The notes under the pieces were generated by a model that did no database searches, was not told the DNA's origin, and saw only the letters and a program-made list of their open reading frames with translations. Below are positions 1-10,103 of a stretch of 64,000 nt of DNA, in pieces. The DNA is from Gammaproteobacteria bacterium (GTDB taxonomy: Bacteria > Pseudomonadota > Gammaproteobacteria > Pseudomonadales > Azotimanducaceae): the NCBI GenBank assembly GCA_002684495.1, contig NYVG01000014.1:40326-104325 (forward strand), in the 5' to 3' direction. A program made the position numbers and the translations under genes. Numbering within the stretch: position 1 is the first letter of the stretch; every line of letters begins with the position of its first letter.

Positions 1-239
1 ACCAAGGGGCGCTCCCCACTGTCTTGAAAGCCGGCTATACGGGCCCGAAAGTCACCCCGACTTGTGGCGATGCGCACCAAGCCATCTGCATCATTATCAG
101 CAAAGTCCCTGAGCTGCGCCGCAGCCTTGGTATGCGCGTAGCTCTGATCCAGCGACATTTGCGCACCACCCCACAGGATCGATACACCAACAAAGGCCAA
201 CCCAAGTAGGCCCGCGAAAAAATAGCCGAAAAACTTCAT
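1..239 (-). CDS. Partial CDS (runs off left edge), probable membrane-anchored alpha/beta hydrolase
   Basis: Manual translation from ATG at 239: MKFFGYFFAGLLGLAFVGVSILWGG...LVRIATSRGDFRARIAGFQDSGERPL. Hydrophobic anchor followed by strands like those preceding the HGxP motif. Not in the ORF track. Confidence 0.65.
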   Translation of the reverse strand, partial: MKFFGYFFAGLLGLAFVGVSILWGGAQMSLDQSYAHTKAAAQLRDFADNDADGLVRIATSRGDFRARIAGFQDSGERPL

Positions 240-277
240 AAGCCTTATCCCTTATGTGCAGCCCGTTATTGAACGCC

Positions 278-1195
278 CTAGATTGGGTTAGCGCGTAAAT
301 GCGCCAACATGTCATTTACCATTTGCGGAATAATGGGGTCGGGCAAATTGTGGCCCATATTTGCATAGACCTTAAATTGCGCATCCTTAATCGTCTGGGC
401 AGTATGTTCACCATGTTCCACACTCAGCAGCTGATCATCCGCTCCGTGGAGCACCAGAGTCGGCGCGGAAATTTGCGCAACCCGCGCTGTTCGGTCGCCC
501 GCACTTAATATCGCTGTGACCTGATTTGGTAGCGCACTTGGATAGAAACCCAGTTTTTGCAAGTCAGCGGCCTGCTCTTCGGAACTCTCATTCATTTCCG
601 AGATACCATCCTGTTGCGCGCTTCCAGGCTGAGGCAGATGCGGCGCCCAAGTAGTCGACATAATGGACACTAACGACTGGGTCCGCTCCGGAAAGTCGTA
701 CGCCACTATTTGCCCGATCATACCGCCCATGGAGGCACCGATAACATGGGCGCGCTCAATCTCCAAAGCATCCAGCACCGCAACCGCGTCAACCGCCATA
801 TCGGAGAGTGCATAGGGCGATTTGACACTCAGACCAATGCGATATTTTAGTAATTGCCAGGCAAGCCAGAGCCCACCTTTTTCCTCAATCTTTGACGATT
901 CGCCAACATCCCGATTGTCCAGCAACACCACCCGATATCCACCTTCCGCTAGACCGGTAATCAACTGCGGATTCCAAACACGATGGGAGGCGGACAATCC
1001 CATGATGATCAAAATAGGCTCTGCCTGAGGATCGCCAACGACACGGTAGGCAATGTCCACGTCGCCATTGCTGGCTGTCGACATCGGTGCAGAAGCATCG
1101 TAGCTCGCGACTGCTGGTGCACTTAAACCCAGCAGGCATAGAGCAAGGAAGGTAGCGCGTCGACGAAAAAAGAAGCTCAGCAATGAATCATACAT
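278..1195 (-). CDS. Secreted alpha/beta hydrolase (esterase/lipase-like)
   Basis: Signal peptide ending ...SAPAVA; LIIMGL; DNRDVGES; nucleophile elbow GASMGG; LHGADD; MGHNLP. Start moved to ATG 1195. Confidence 0.88.
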   Translation of the reverse strand: MYDSLLSFFFRRRATFLALCLLGLSAPAVASYDASAPMSTASNGDVDIAYRVVGDPQAEPILIIMGLSASHRVWNPQLITGLAEGGYRVVLLDNRDVGESSKIEEKGGLWLAWQLLKYRIGLSVKSPYALSDMAVDAVAVLDALEIERAHVIGASMGGMIGQIVAYDFPERTQSLVSIMSTTWAPHLPQPGSAQQDGISEMNESSEEQAADLQKLGFYPSALPNQVTAILSAGDRTARVAQISAPTLVLHGADDQLLSVEHGEHTAQTIKDAQFKVYANMGHNLPDPIIPQMVNDMLAHLRANPI

Positions 1196-1277
1196 AGCAG
1201 GCACGGCCCGATTAAAAGTTGACCCAAAGATTTCCTCTAATGGCAATTGATTGCAAGTGCAGATCGTTCGCCGTCTG

Positions 1278-2873
1278 TTAGCGATCTGCTACTTGGGCGT
1301 TTGGCAGACCAGTTCCAGCACCCGCCCAAACGCTATTGGCGTCGCCATTTTGCAGGCGCCTGTGCATAGAAGCTGCCATGCGCCAAAAAATAACGGCGCT
1401 TAACAACGAGACGCCACTAACGCATACCAAGGGCCAGGCCTCGAGGGCCAAACTGCGCCAAATCGGCATCCCCAAGACCGCAGCATCGGCAACAGGAATC
1501 GCCACGGTCAGCACCGCGCAAGCCCACAGCAGATCCCTGGTGCCAACCCCAACGGGTCGAACAAAACACCAGCCAATCGCGGCAAAAAACGCCCCATAGT
1601 AAGTCCACTCGATTACATCGCCGCGATACTCCAAATCCATCAGTATGCGACTGGCTAAAAAAGCAGCGGACACCGCGGCCATACAACCAATACATACACC
1701 GCTGTTTAGCCGAGCAAAAAACACGCTAGATGCCGGCTGCCGCAGCTGGCGCCTTTTACGCCGGGTCTCTATCCACAACAGGTTCCCAGAGTAAAAGAGA
1801 AACGCGCCACCTATACCAAGCACGAAGTAAATCCACTTAACCAAGTAACCGCCGAAGCTGACGTAGTGGAGGGCAATCAGACCGTTGTAAATGGTTGCAC
1901 CAATGCCAGAGGTATTCGGGTGACTCAAACCAAGAACTTCGCCAGTCCTGCCATTTAGGGTTACTCCAGCATTACTCAACAGTGTTTCGGTATTGGAATT
2001 GCCAAAAATTTGCACCGTTGCCTGCCGGTCACCAAAGTTGGTAAATCGCAACTGAGTCGCAGCGAAACCAGGGGCCTCGCGTTCCGCGATCGCTAACAAC
2101 TCTTCTACCGGTAGCATTGGCGCAGATTCACCTACCGGTTCCAGCGCTTGTACCAAACCAAGCTCAGGACCAATCAATTCGAGCAAGTCCTCGTCAAAAA
2201 CCAGCAGTTGGAAGGGTGCAATGGTGAAAATACCAATGCAAAGAACAACGCTACTCCACGCGAACATCATGTGCCATGGAAACGAGATCACACCCACCGC
2301 ATTGTGAGCATCTAACCAAAGGCGCTTTTTGTTTTTGCCTTGCCGAACATTGAACAAGTCCGCGAGCAGGTTTGGCAGGAAAATGATTAAGCCCGTCACC
2401 AGTGCCAAACCATAAATCAGGGACACTATGCCCAAAATATATACACCAAAACCTGTCGGCAGACCTGCAGTGTAATGCAGCCGGTAAATAAACCCGGCAA
2501 GTTGCGCATTGCTCTCGGCAGTGTTCAAAGATCCGGATTCGGTTAAACGAAATTCATGGCGCTCAAAGCTGTCGTCTGGCTGCCGTTCAAACCAACGCAC
2601 AACATGTTCAGGGTGATCCGCTTCAGCAGGATAAAGCCGCAGATTACTCGTCATACCCGGCTGTTTTGCTACCGCTAAATCCAATAGCTGTTGCGCTTCG
2701 GCAATGTTTTGCTGCTCGCTGACTGCCACCTTATGGTAGCCGTCCCAAATCTCCAGCTCATGGAAGAAGACAGTCAACGCACCAGCGTAGAACGCTATAA
2801 ACAGTGCCATACCAGTCCCTAGCCCCGCCCAGGTGTGGACCCCAAGAAAGACTTTCATTGTGCTTTTTTTCAT
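1278..2873 (-). CDS. PepSY-associated TM helix protein (PiuB-like iron-regulated membrane protein)
   Basis: Conserved His motifs VHTWAGL, RLHY, DAHNAVG, ALHY; multiple TM helices; ATG 2873 overlaps the upstream TGA (ATGA). Confidence 0.88.
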   Translation of the reverse strand: MKKSTMKVFLGVHTWAGLGTGMALFIAFYAGALTVFFHELEIWDGYHKVAVSEQQNIAEAQQLLDLAVAKQPGMTSNLRLYPAEADHPEHVVRWFERQPDDSFERHEFRLTESGSLNTAESNAQLAGFIYRLHYTAGLPTGFGVYILGIVSLIYGLALVTGLIIFLPNLLADLFNVRQGKNKKRLWLDAHNAVGVISFPWHMMFAWSSVVLCIGIFTIAPFQLLVFDEDLLELIGPELGLVQALEPVGESAPMLPVEELLAIAEREAPGFAATQLRFTNFGDRQATVQIFGNSNTETLLSNAGVTLNGRTGEVLGLSHPNTSGIGATIYNGLIALHYVSFGGYLVKWIYFVLGIGGAFLFYSGNLLWIETRRKRRQLRQPASSVFFARLNSGVCIGCMAAVSAAFLASRILMDLEYRGDVIEWTYYGAFFAAIGWCFVRPVGVGTRDLLWACAVLTVAIPVADAAVLGMPIWRSLALEAWPLVCVSGVSLLSAVIFWRMAASMHRRLQNGDANSVWAGAGTGLPNAQVADR

Positions 2874-3133
2874 ACCAGCGTCAGTCCTGTCCACCTAAGC
2901 ATTGCGATCAGCCCGAAACCTAAACCAGCGATAGCGACCAAACCAAGAACAGTTTGTCGCAGCTCAGAAACTAAGTAACTACAGCAGGTCAACGTCATCC
3001 ATACGGGGAAAACCAAAAGCAAAACAGGTAGGATGGCGTTCGTGCTTTGGGGAATCAGCACCAACACAACGCCAACAAGAGCAAATGTTGCCGGAATAGA
3101 AAGCAGTACCGCTATCAGCGACCTAACCAGCAT
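2870..3133 (-). CDS. Small membrane protein, PepSY-TM operon partner
   Basis: 87 aa, three hydrophobic segments, overlaps both neighbours. Confidence 0.75.
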   Translation of the reverse strand: MLVRSLIAVLLSIPATFALVGVVLVLIPQSTNAILPVLLLVFPVWMTLTCCSYLVSELRQTVLGLVAIAGLGFGLIAMLRWTGLTLV

Positions 3134-3392
3134 GACGTTTTTCGCCGATTTTGGCCCACTTCAGCAGTCCTACCCAAGGCAAAGCTGTGCATAGCAGCAT
3201 GTAGAAACTTAGCAGCGTATAAAATCCAGGCCAAAAACCCCCAAGAGATTTGCCCCAATAGAAAGATGCCCCAAGACTGGCCATGCCAATAGTGAACAGC
3301 AAACGGCGCCGCCGAGCCTGTGCATACCGCACCGAAAAAAAGGTAGTCAGGGCTGCAAGACTCGCAAGCGCTAAACTTAAAAAGATGGCCAA
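3123..3392 (-). CDS. Small membrane protein, first gene of the PepSY-TM operon
   Basis: 89 aa, three hydrophobic segments, overlaps next gene, lies downstream of the Fur-like box. Confidence 0.7.
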   Translation of the reverse strand: MAIFLSLALASLAALTTFFSVRYAQARRRRLLFTIGMASLGASFYWGKSLGGFWPGFYTLLSFYMLLCTALPWVGLLKWAKIGEKRHAG

Positions 3393-3443
3393 CTGGTTCC
3401 TTGGACGCGTTATGACATCTGCTCAAGCATAACAACTTAAGAT

Positions 3444-3462
3444 GATAATGCGAATGCTTCTC
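3444..3462. promoter_or_regulatory. Fur box candidate
   Basis: GATAATGCGAATGCTTCTC matches GATAATGATAATCATTATC at 14/19 positions, about 50 bp upstream of the operon. Confidence 0.7.
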
Positions 3463-3486
3463 ATTTTTGTATGTACAGCTACGTGG

Positions 3487-4167
3487 TCAGCGCAACTTGC
3501 CTAATCCGTCAGAAACAATTTCTAGGTCACATACCATTTCAAATAACTCGTTACCGCGCTCCAGATATTTGCGCTCAAAGCCCGTGATTGGCGACTCCGC
3601 CGCCAATTTCTGCATCGTGGCCGTAAAACCGGCAACGCCCAAGGCATGCACGAACTCCTCGACATAAAGCTTCCAGTTGGCGCGCACGGTCAATATACCT
3701 CCGAGCCCTAGCAGAGCAGGAAAAGCCGGCGAAGCGTACCAGCGCTTACGGATTTGTGATGCCTTCGGATATGGGTTTGGATAAAGCAAATAGTGCCGAG
3801 CTGGTCGCCAGCCAGCATCAACAGCCAACCGCCAAAAGTCGTTTACATCTGCACGGAGCATTAGATAGTCGCCCTGCTCGCCCATTCGATGACGCGCCAG
3901 TCGATGCGCTGACTTGTCCACGCCCAGCACCAACGAATCAGGAAAAGCGCCAGCCAAGTGACGCGTGCTATCACCCGTGCCACAGCAGGAGTCAATGATT
4001 AACGGCTGCGTTGATGCTTCAATCCGATCACGAATGGTGTCAAAAGCAGCGATAGAATGCGCAGCGATCGGACGCCGCCAATCCGCCTGCAGGTGGGTAG
4101 TTACGATCTCCGAGAGATCCGTCCGCGGATACCGCTGCACTGGTTTGTAGCGTTTCATTTGGCGCAA
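3487..4167 (-). CDS. SAM-dependent methyltransferase, TrmB (tRNA m7G46)-like
   Basis: IIDSCCGTG motif I variant, GVDKS, YPNPYPK, ITGFERKY. Confidence 0.75.
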   Translation of the reverse strand: MRQMKRYKPVQRYPRTDLSEIVTTHLQADWRRPIAAHSIAAFDTIRDRIEASTQPLIIDSCCGTGDSTRHLAGAFPDSLVLGVDKSAHRLARHRMGEQGDYLMLRADVNDFWRLAVDAGWRPARHYLLYPNPYPKASQIRKRWYASPAFPALLGLGGILTVRANWKLYVEEFVHALGVAGFTATMQKLAAESPITGFERKYLERGNELFEMVCDLEIVSDGLGKLR

Positions 4168-4177
4168 CTAAGATCAA

Positions 4178-5158
4178 TCAGCGCCTAGCCAAACGATCGG
4201 CGTACCACGCAACCAGAAACAACACTACCGAGGTGCAAACAACGCTCCAAGCAATCGAAGGACCTTGAAATACACCCACCACCGCAAACGTTCCCAAGCA
4301 CCAAAGCGCGACCTGACCTGCGATGTTGCCCCAGAAGATAGCATTTAAGCGCCGCGCCAATATAGCCACAACAAATGCCCAAACGATTAACGTCAGGTTT
4401 GCTGGAAGCTTTGCGATCGCAATCCCTAGCCCGTTGGTTTGTTCGGGCGCCCACGTGTCGCCGCCAAACAACCGCATCAACCACATATTCAGTCGATGAA
4501 TACCGGGGTCCATGGTCCAGAATAACGTCATGAGTACATAATCTTTGTGGCGCGCAAGATCACGTTTACGTGCAAAGTAGCCGGCCAACAGCCCATTCAC
4601 TACAACGCCAACACCCATGGTCATTGTATAAACGCCGGCACCCGCATTGGGGCTGTCGAAACCTTCAGCAAAGTCATTGATCAAAGGCCAAACCCAACCG
4701 CCAATTACGCCGACCCCAATAACCCCTGTAGCAAGACTCAGCCAACCCAAGCGTATATGCAGTTGTCTACGTCCCGGCACCTGACCAGTCCACAATTGCA
4801 CACCGACCAGTAGCGCCCATAAAAAGGCCAAGGGAATATGCACAAGCAGATATCGATCAACCATCGAGTGCGGTGCCTGATGATTAACCGACCAAACTTG
4901 ACCCGTTTTGGCGAGCATAAAAAGCGAAGGCAGGAAACCTCCAGCAGCGCCAAGGATCAGAAGCAGCACAGCAGCACGTTTATATAACTGATTTGGCGAT
5001 CCGACGGCTTTGCCATTTGTAACCAGTACAGTCGAACCAGAGTAATACCTACGCCACGCGCGCGTACCCAGCACAAAACACAGCAGCCAAAACAAAGCTA
5101 CGAGCAGCAGCGGCAAAGCCTGCACCCACAGAACACTGGGATTAGCTAAGTTTTCCAT
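4178..5158 (-). CDS. DUF2306-like integral membrane protein
   Basis: VHIPLA..VQLW, LHIRLGW and ARHKDYV His motifs in TM helices. Confidence 0.65.
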   Translation of the reverse strand: MENLANPSVLWVQALPLLLVALFWLLCFVLGTRAWRRYYSGSTVLVTNGKAVGSPNQLYKRAAVLLLILGAAGGFLPSLFMLAKTGQVWSVNHQAPHSMVDRYLLVHIPLAFLWALLVGVQLWTGQVPGRRQLHIRLGWLSLATGVIGVGVIGGWVWPLINDFAEGFDSPNAGAGVYTMTMGVGVVVNGLLAGYFARKRDLARHKDYVLMTLFWTMDPGIHRLNMWLMRLFGGDTWAPEQTNGLGIAIAKLPANLTLIVWAFVVAILARRLNAIFWGNIAGQVALWCLGTFAVVGVFQGPSIAWSVVCTSVVLFLVAWYADRLARR

Positions 5159-5427
5159 CCAATCACATAGCTGAAGTTACGATGAATCATTATGCCTATA
5201 GATATGATCTATTCCATCAATCGACTCGCTGCTGCTCGGTGACCCAATAACATCGCATAGGAAAGATATAAGCGCTTTCAGTTAGGTTAAATTCATTGAA
5301 AACCGGCTACCGGATACATAATCACCCTACAAAAAACGCTTACGCATAGTCTTTCGTTATGGGTAGACTGAAAAAACCGACGACCATTACCCACTGCAAA
5401 TTCATGTCGCGACGGAGATCTTAGAAT

Positions 5428-5946
5428 ATGTCCTCACGAAGAATAGTTACCGCGAACAACAGTGACGGCGAATCCTACTTGCTACACGATGGTCCCACAC
5501 CAGGAACTATTGATCTTGGCGCATTTTTAGACGAAGAAATCTGGATCGACGACCCTGCTCAATTCGATCCAAACAACGTAATCGACCCCGCTGCGGCGGA
5601 CTCATTCAATCTAATACCACCAAGCGGCGGGTCGCGCGTACGCGTGTTCACGTTTAAGCCTAACGATGGCAGTGCATATGATCCGGAAGTACTTCGCGCA
5701 GCGGCAAGTCGGTTTAATACCGGTGACGCGATGGAGGAAGAACGCCCCGGTATGCATACAACACCGACGATAGACTACGGCATTGTGTTACAAGGCCAGA
5801 TCACTTTAGAGCTTGATTCCGAGTCGGTAAATCTTAACGCCGGAGATATCGTCGTGCAGCGCGCGACCGCGCATGCATGGCGAAATAACAGCGATGAACC
5901 TTGCGTGATGGTTTTTGTGCTTATCTCAAGCCCCAACTACGCCTAA
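5428..5946 (+). CDS. Cupin domain protein
   Basis: RRIVT, GMHTTPTIDY, GDIVVQRATAHAWRN. Confidence 0.9.
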   Translation: MSSRRIVTANNSDGESYLLHDGPTPGTIDLGAFLDEEIWIDDPAQFDPNNVIDPAAADSFNLIPPSGGSRVRVFTFKPNDGSAYDPEVLRAAASRFNTGDAMEEERPGMHTTPTIDYGIVLQGQITLELDSESVNLNAGDIVVQRATAHAWRNNSDEPCVMVFVLISSPNYA

Positions 5947-6017
5947 CAACTAGACTACGTCTATCTGCAGCATTGACGAGTGTCTGACTTCAATCATCAA
6001 TTCATCGAGCACGTTAG

Positions 6018-6866
6018 TTGAGGGCATTATTATTTCTGGCCTTGTGTTCGCCATTGGCAGCTTTCAGCGCCACTCCACAAGACGCTATCGAGCTAAATTT
6101 GTTGGTGTACAACACCCACGGACTCCCCTCCATTATCGCTGGAGATCGACCAACCGAGCGTTTCCCGAAAATCGCCCAGCTGACAAACAATTACGAGCTT
6201 GCGCTGCTGCAAGAAGACTTCGCACATCATCACATCCTGCTTCGACATTTGCCAAAATCGCACCAAGCCTCAAGAGGCGAAAATCCCGGATCGCCGAAAT
6301 GTTTTGTTTGTTCCAACTCTGGCTTAACGACTATTTCCGCCCTTGCCAGCAACGCGTGGAAAATGAACACGACCTTTACCGCCTTCAATAAGTGTTCTGG
6401 TTGGCTGGGAAACTTAAACGACTGTTTCGCGCAAAAAGGCTTCCAAATCGGCACTTTAGAATCGTCAGCGGGGCATCGTATTATTTTTGTTAATACCCAC
6501 CTAGACGCAGGGAGAAGCGCACGCGATCGAGCGGCAAGAGCGTCTCAACTTGAGCAGATCGCATCTGCAATACAGGCAACCGCACAAGACGAGGCCATTA
6601 TCCTTGCCGGCGACCTGAATCTAGACTGGCAATCCCCTAAAGATAAAGCGCTACTCCTGCACTTTCGCGATCGTTTGAAACTCACTCGCGCAGATCAGGG
6701 TTTGCAGGCCAAGCGAGGCTGGAAAGTTCTGGATTACATCTATTTTCGTAGCGGCTCGAGCACCACCTTGACGGTTATGGATTCGGGCGAGGACTTATCT
6801 TTCACCGCTGATTCTGAGCCTCTCAGCGACCACCCCGCACTATTTGCCAAATTCTCCGTGCAATGA
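6018..6866 (+). CDS. Secreted endonuclease/exonuclease/phosphatase family protein (sphingomyelinase-like)
   Basis: Signal peptide; YNTHGLP, LQEDF, NTHLDA, GDLN, LDYIY, SDH. Confidence 0.85.
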   Translation: MRALLFLALCSPLAAFSATPQDAIELNLLVYNTHGLPSIIAGDRPTERFPKIAQLTNNYELALLQEDFAHHHILLRHLPKSHQASRGENPGSPKCFVCSNSGLTTISALASNAWKMNTTFTAFNKCSGWLGNLNDCFAQKGFQIGTLESSAGHRIIFVNTHLDAGRSARDRAARASQLEQIASAIQATAQDEAIILAGDLNLDWQSPKDKALLLHFRDRLKLTRADQGLQAKRGWKVLDYIYFRSGSSTTLTVMDSGEDLSFTADSEPLSDHPALFAKFSVQ

Positions 6867-7069
6867 ATCTCGTTCCATTAGCGAACACTGGCGCCTTTTT
6901 AGCCTCTCCATAACCTTACTGCGTCAATCGCGGCCCACAGCTGGCCGTAATTGGCATACTCAATTGCAATGCCGTGGGCGTTAACGCACTTTGCATATGG
7001 CCTTTCTTTTAGCCTGTGTATAAGCTTCGCAAAAATTTATAGTGCACTTGTGGGCATAAGCCCCTATCA

Positions 7070-9247
7070 ATGAACCGGAGAAAGATATTGAGTATCAGTC
7101 GTTTGTTAGCGTTGCTACTTTTCGCCACCATAACCGCCGCCTGCGGCGAGCCTAACTCTGGTACTACTACGGACACTGGGTTAGCAGAGTCAGCAACAGA
7201 CGATCTAGCTGTCAGCGATGCGGAACTTGAGGGCAACCCCTTCCGCGCGACTTGGCAAACGCCTTTTGGGGTACCACCTTTTGCGGAAATCGAAACCGCT
7301 GATTATTTACCGGCCGTAAAGAAAGCGCTGCAGGAACTACGGGCGGACATCGATGTGATCGTCAACAACACCGAGCCACCGACTTTCGATAACACCATCA
7401 TGGCACTGGAAGTATCGGGCGACTCGCTAAACAAGGTGGCCTATACGTTTAGCAATATTACCGGCACGGATACCAATGACGAATTACGCGCATTGCAGAC
7501 CCAAATCTATCCAATGCTAACCCGCGAGAGCGACGCAATTACCCTAAACGACGTGCTTTACCAACGGGTAAAGGCGGTCTTTGATGCGCGGGATTCACTC
7601 AATCTGGGTGAGCAAGAAGCACGGCTATTGGAACTCACTCATCGCGGTTTCGTGCGCGCCGGCGCGGCTTTTGCGCCAGAGGTGAAAAACCAGATCGCCG
7701 CCATCAATGAAGAAATATCCAAGCTAACCACACAGTTCGGCCAGAATCTGCTACTGGAAACCAAGGCCTTCAAGCTTGTGCTGAAAACTGAAGAAGAAAC
7801 CGCTGGCTTGAGCAATGATTTTAAAGCCGCGATTTACGATGAGGAGCAAAAAGCCTGGATCGTTGGTTTAAATCGGTCGGCTTATGAAAGCTTTATGGTG
7901 CAGTCTACGAACAGAGCCCTGCGCGAAGATCTGTTTAACGGTTATCGACTGCGCGCCTCCGAAGGCGACCGAGATAACGGACCAATCGCCATTAAAATAG
8001 CTCAGCTTCGCGCCGAGCGCGCCACCTTAATGGGCTACGAATCCCATGCTCATTATGTCCTTGAATACAACATGGCAAAGACCCCTGCGGGTGCTGAAGA
8101 TTTCTTACTTCGGGTGTGGCGCCCAGGTCTAGCCCAGGCGAAGAGAGAACGCGCGGATATGCAGGATCTAATGGGCGAAACAACATTTGCCGCATGGGAT
8201 TGGTGGCATCTCGCAGAAAAATTACGTTTAGCGCGTTACGACCTCGACGAAAACACGACCAAGCCTTATTTCAAGCTCGAAAACGTTCAGCAAGGCGCTT
8301 TTGCCATGGCTACCAAGTTATTCGGCTTGTCGTTTGAACAGGCTGATGTCAAGGGCTGGAACCCGGTCGTTGTTTCATTCGATGTGAAAGATCGGGCGGG
8401 CGAGCACCTCGGACTGTTTATGACCGATATGTATGCGCGCGATTCCAAGCGCGGCGGCGCCTGGATGAGCAGCTACCGCGGCACCTCGAATATCAACGGC
8501 GAGTGGATTCGCCCCCTGATCACAAATAATATGAATTTGCCGATGCCACCTGCAGGCGAACCAACCCTGATGCGGTTTTCTGATGTGGAGACGCTGTTCC
8601 ACGAATTTGGCCACGGGCTGCATGGTTTGATGACACAAATAGACTATCCGACCTTTTCCGGCGTTGACGGGCCAAGGGATTACACCGAATTCCCTGCCCA
8701 AATTCTCGAGCATTGGGTAAGCCAACCAGAAATGCTTGAAATGTATGCTACGCACTACGAAACAGGCGAAGTCATCCCTACTGAACTGGTAGAGAAGATT
8801 CGTCAGGCTGCAAATCACAATCAGGGCTTCTATACAACCGAGTACGTTGCCGCATCGCTACTGGACCTTGCATGGCATTCACTGACACCAGCCGCAGCAG
8901 CCAAAATTACCGATGCTCGTGCATTCGAAAAACAAGTACTAGAAGACTACGGACTGATACCAGAGATTGAGCCGCGGTATCGCTCACAATACTTCAGCCA
9001 TATTTTTGCCGGCGGGTATTCCGCAGGTTACTACGCCTACCTATGGTCAGAAATTCTCGATGCCGACGGCTTTGACGCATTCAAGCAGGCAGAAGACATT
9101 TGGGATCCGGAGCTAGCCGCTCGGCTACAAAAGTGGGTATACGAGGCTGGCGGCCTGAAACCCGCTGATGAGCTTTATCGGAATTTCCGCGGTCAGGATC
9201 CAAGCATCGAACCACTACTTGAGGGACGCGGCTTTAAAGCAGAATAG
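7070..9247 (+). CDS. dcp: M3 family metallopeptidase (peptidyl-dipeptidase Dcp-like), probable lipoprotein
   Basis: FHEFGHGLH zinc motif, KRGGAWM, EFPAQILEHW, HIFAGGYSAGYYAYLWSEILDAD; lipobox-like TAAC. Confidence 0.9.
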   Translation: MNRRKILSISRLLALLLFATITAACGEPNSGTTTDTGLAESATDDLAVSDAELEGNPFRATWQTPFGVPPFAEIETADYLPAVKKALQELRADIDVIVNNTEPPTFDNTIMALEVSGDSLNKVAYTFSNITGTDTNDELRALQTQIYPMLTRESDAITLNDVLYQRVKAVFDARDSLNLGEQEARLLELTHRGFVRAGAAFAPEVKNQIAAINEEISKLTTQFGQNLLLETKAFKLVLKTEEETAGLSNDFKAAIYDEEQKAWIVGLNRSAYESFMVQSTNRALREDLFNGYRLRASEGDRDNGPIAIKIAQLRAERATLMGYESHAHYVLEYNMAKTPAGAEDFLLRVWRPGLAQAKRERADMQDLMGETTFAAWDWWHLAEKLRLARYDLDENTTKPYFKLENVQQGAFAMATKLFGLSFEQADVKGWNPVVVSFDVKDRAGEHLGLFMTDMYARDSKRGGAWMSSYRGTSNINGEWIRPLITNNMNLPMPPAGEPTLMRFSDVETLFHEFGHGLHGLMTQIDYPTFSGVDGPRDYTEFPAQILEHWVSQPEMLEMYATHYETGEVIPTELVEKIRQAANHNQGFYTTEYVAASLLDLAWHSLTPAAAAKITDARAFEKQVLEDYGLIPEIEPRYRSQYFSHIFAGGYSAGYYAYLWSEILDADGFDAFKQAEDIWDPELAARLQKWVYEAGGLKPADELYRNFRGQDPSIEPLLEGRGFKAE

Positions 9248-9250
9248 CCA

Positions 9251-10018
9251 TCAGAGGTTTAGCGCTGCGCTGAAGCCCCACCACAGACCACTCAGCCCGA
9301 TAAGGGCTGAGCCCGGTCGGACAATCCATTTTTGATACCGCACATCCTCCGACGGCTTTTTAAAGCACAACCGCACTGCAACTGCTGCCAACACAACAAT
9401 GCTCAGCTGGCCGACCTCCACCCCAATATTGAAACCAATCAACGCGTTCCAAAACAATCCTGGCGGTAGGTCTAGGGCACTAAAAAAGCTCGCAAAACCC
9501 AGTCCGTGGATTAAACCAAAGATAAAAACCACAATAGGCCGCCACTTAACGACATCCTTAAACAACAGATTTTCAGCGGCAACAAACGCGATGGTAAAGG
9601 CGATAACCGGCTCCACCAAACTGCTGGGCAAATTAACGAAGCCGGTTGCAGCAAGGGCAAGGGTAATCGTATGCGCTAAGGTAAAGGCGGAGATTTGCCA
9701 GATAAGACTGGCGGCACGGCGTGCGGCCAAAAATATCGCCAGCACAAACAGAATATGATCCAAGCCGCCGGGTAGGATATGCCCGATACCAATCATCACG
9801 AATCGGCCTAACGTATCGAGAACACCCTGACTTTCAAGGGCAGCAACTCGGAATGTGGATTGCTGATTGAGCGCCCCGTCAGCACTATTAAGCTGTGCCA
9901 GCATGGCACAGAGCTGCGGATCCATAGCGTCGCGACTGGGATCACATAAATCATCTTCCGGATGGGCGACGGCAAAGGCGCTGCACAAGAGTGCGCACAC
10001 AATCGCCAGCGCGCGCAT
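9251..10018 (-). CDS. HupE/UreJ family membrane protein
   Basis: GIGHILPGGLDHILF, AFTLAHTITL, FGLIHGLGFA, FNIGVEVGQ; start at MRALAIV. Confidence 0.88.
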   Translation of the reverse strand: MRALAIVCALLCSAFAVAHPEDDLCDPSRDAMDPQLCAMLAQLNSADGALNQQSTFRVAALESQGVLDTLGRFVMIGIGHILPGGLDHILFVLAIFLAARRAASLIWQISAFTLAHTITLALAATGFVNLPSSLVEPVIAFTIAFVAAENLLFKDVVKWRPIVVFIFGLIHGLGFASFFSALDLPPGLFWNALIGFNIGVEVGQLSIVVLAAVAVRLCFKKPSEDVRYQKWIVRPGSALIGLSGLWWGFSAALNL

Positions 10019-10103
10019 TTTTCGCCACCCACGGCGAGATCCAACGCAATGCACAGAACCACTCACGCCCACATCAACCGCAGGAAAAGCCCTCCCCGCA
10101 CCA

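Noticed and set aside
6951-6967. Sigma-54-like TTGGCA...TTGC upstream of the M3 peptidase
   Set aside because: GG-to-GC spacing is 11 nt rather than the required 10.
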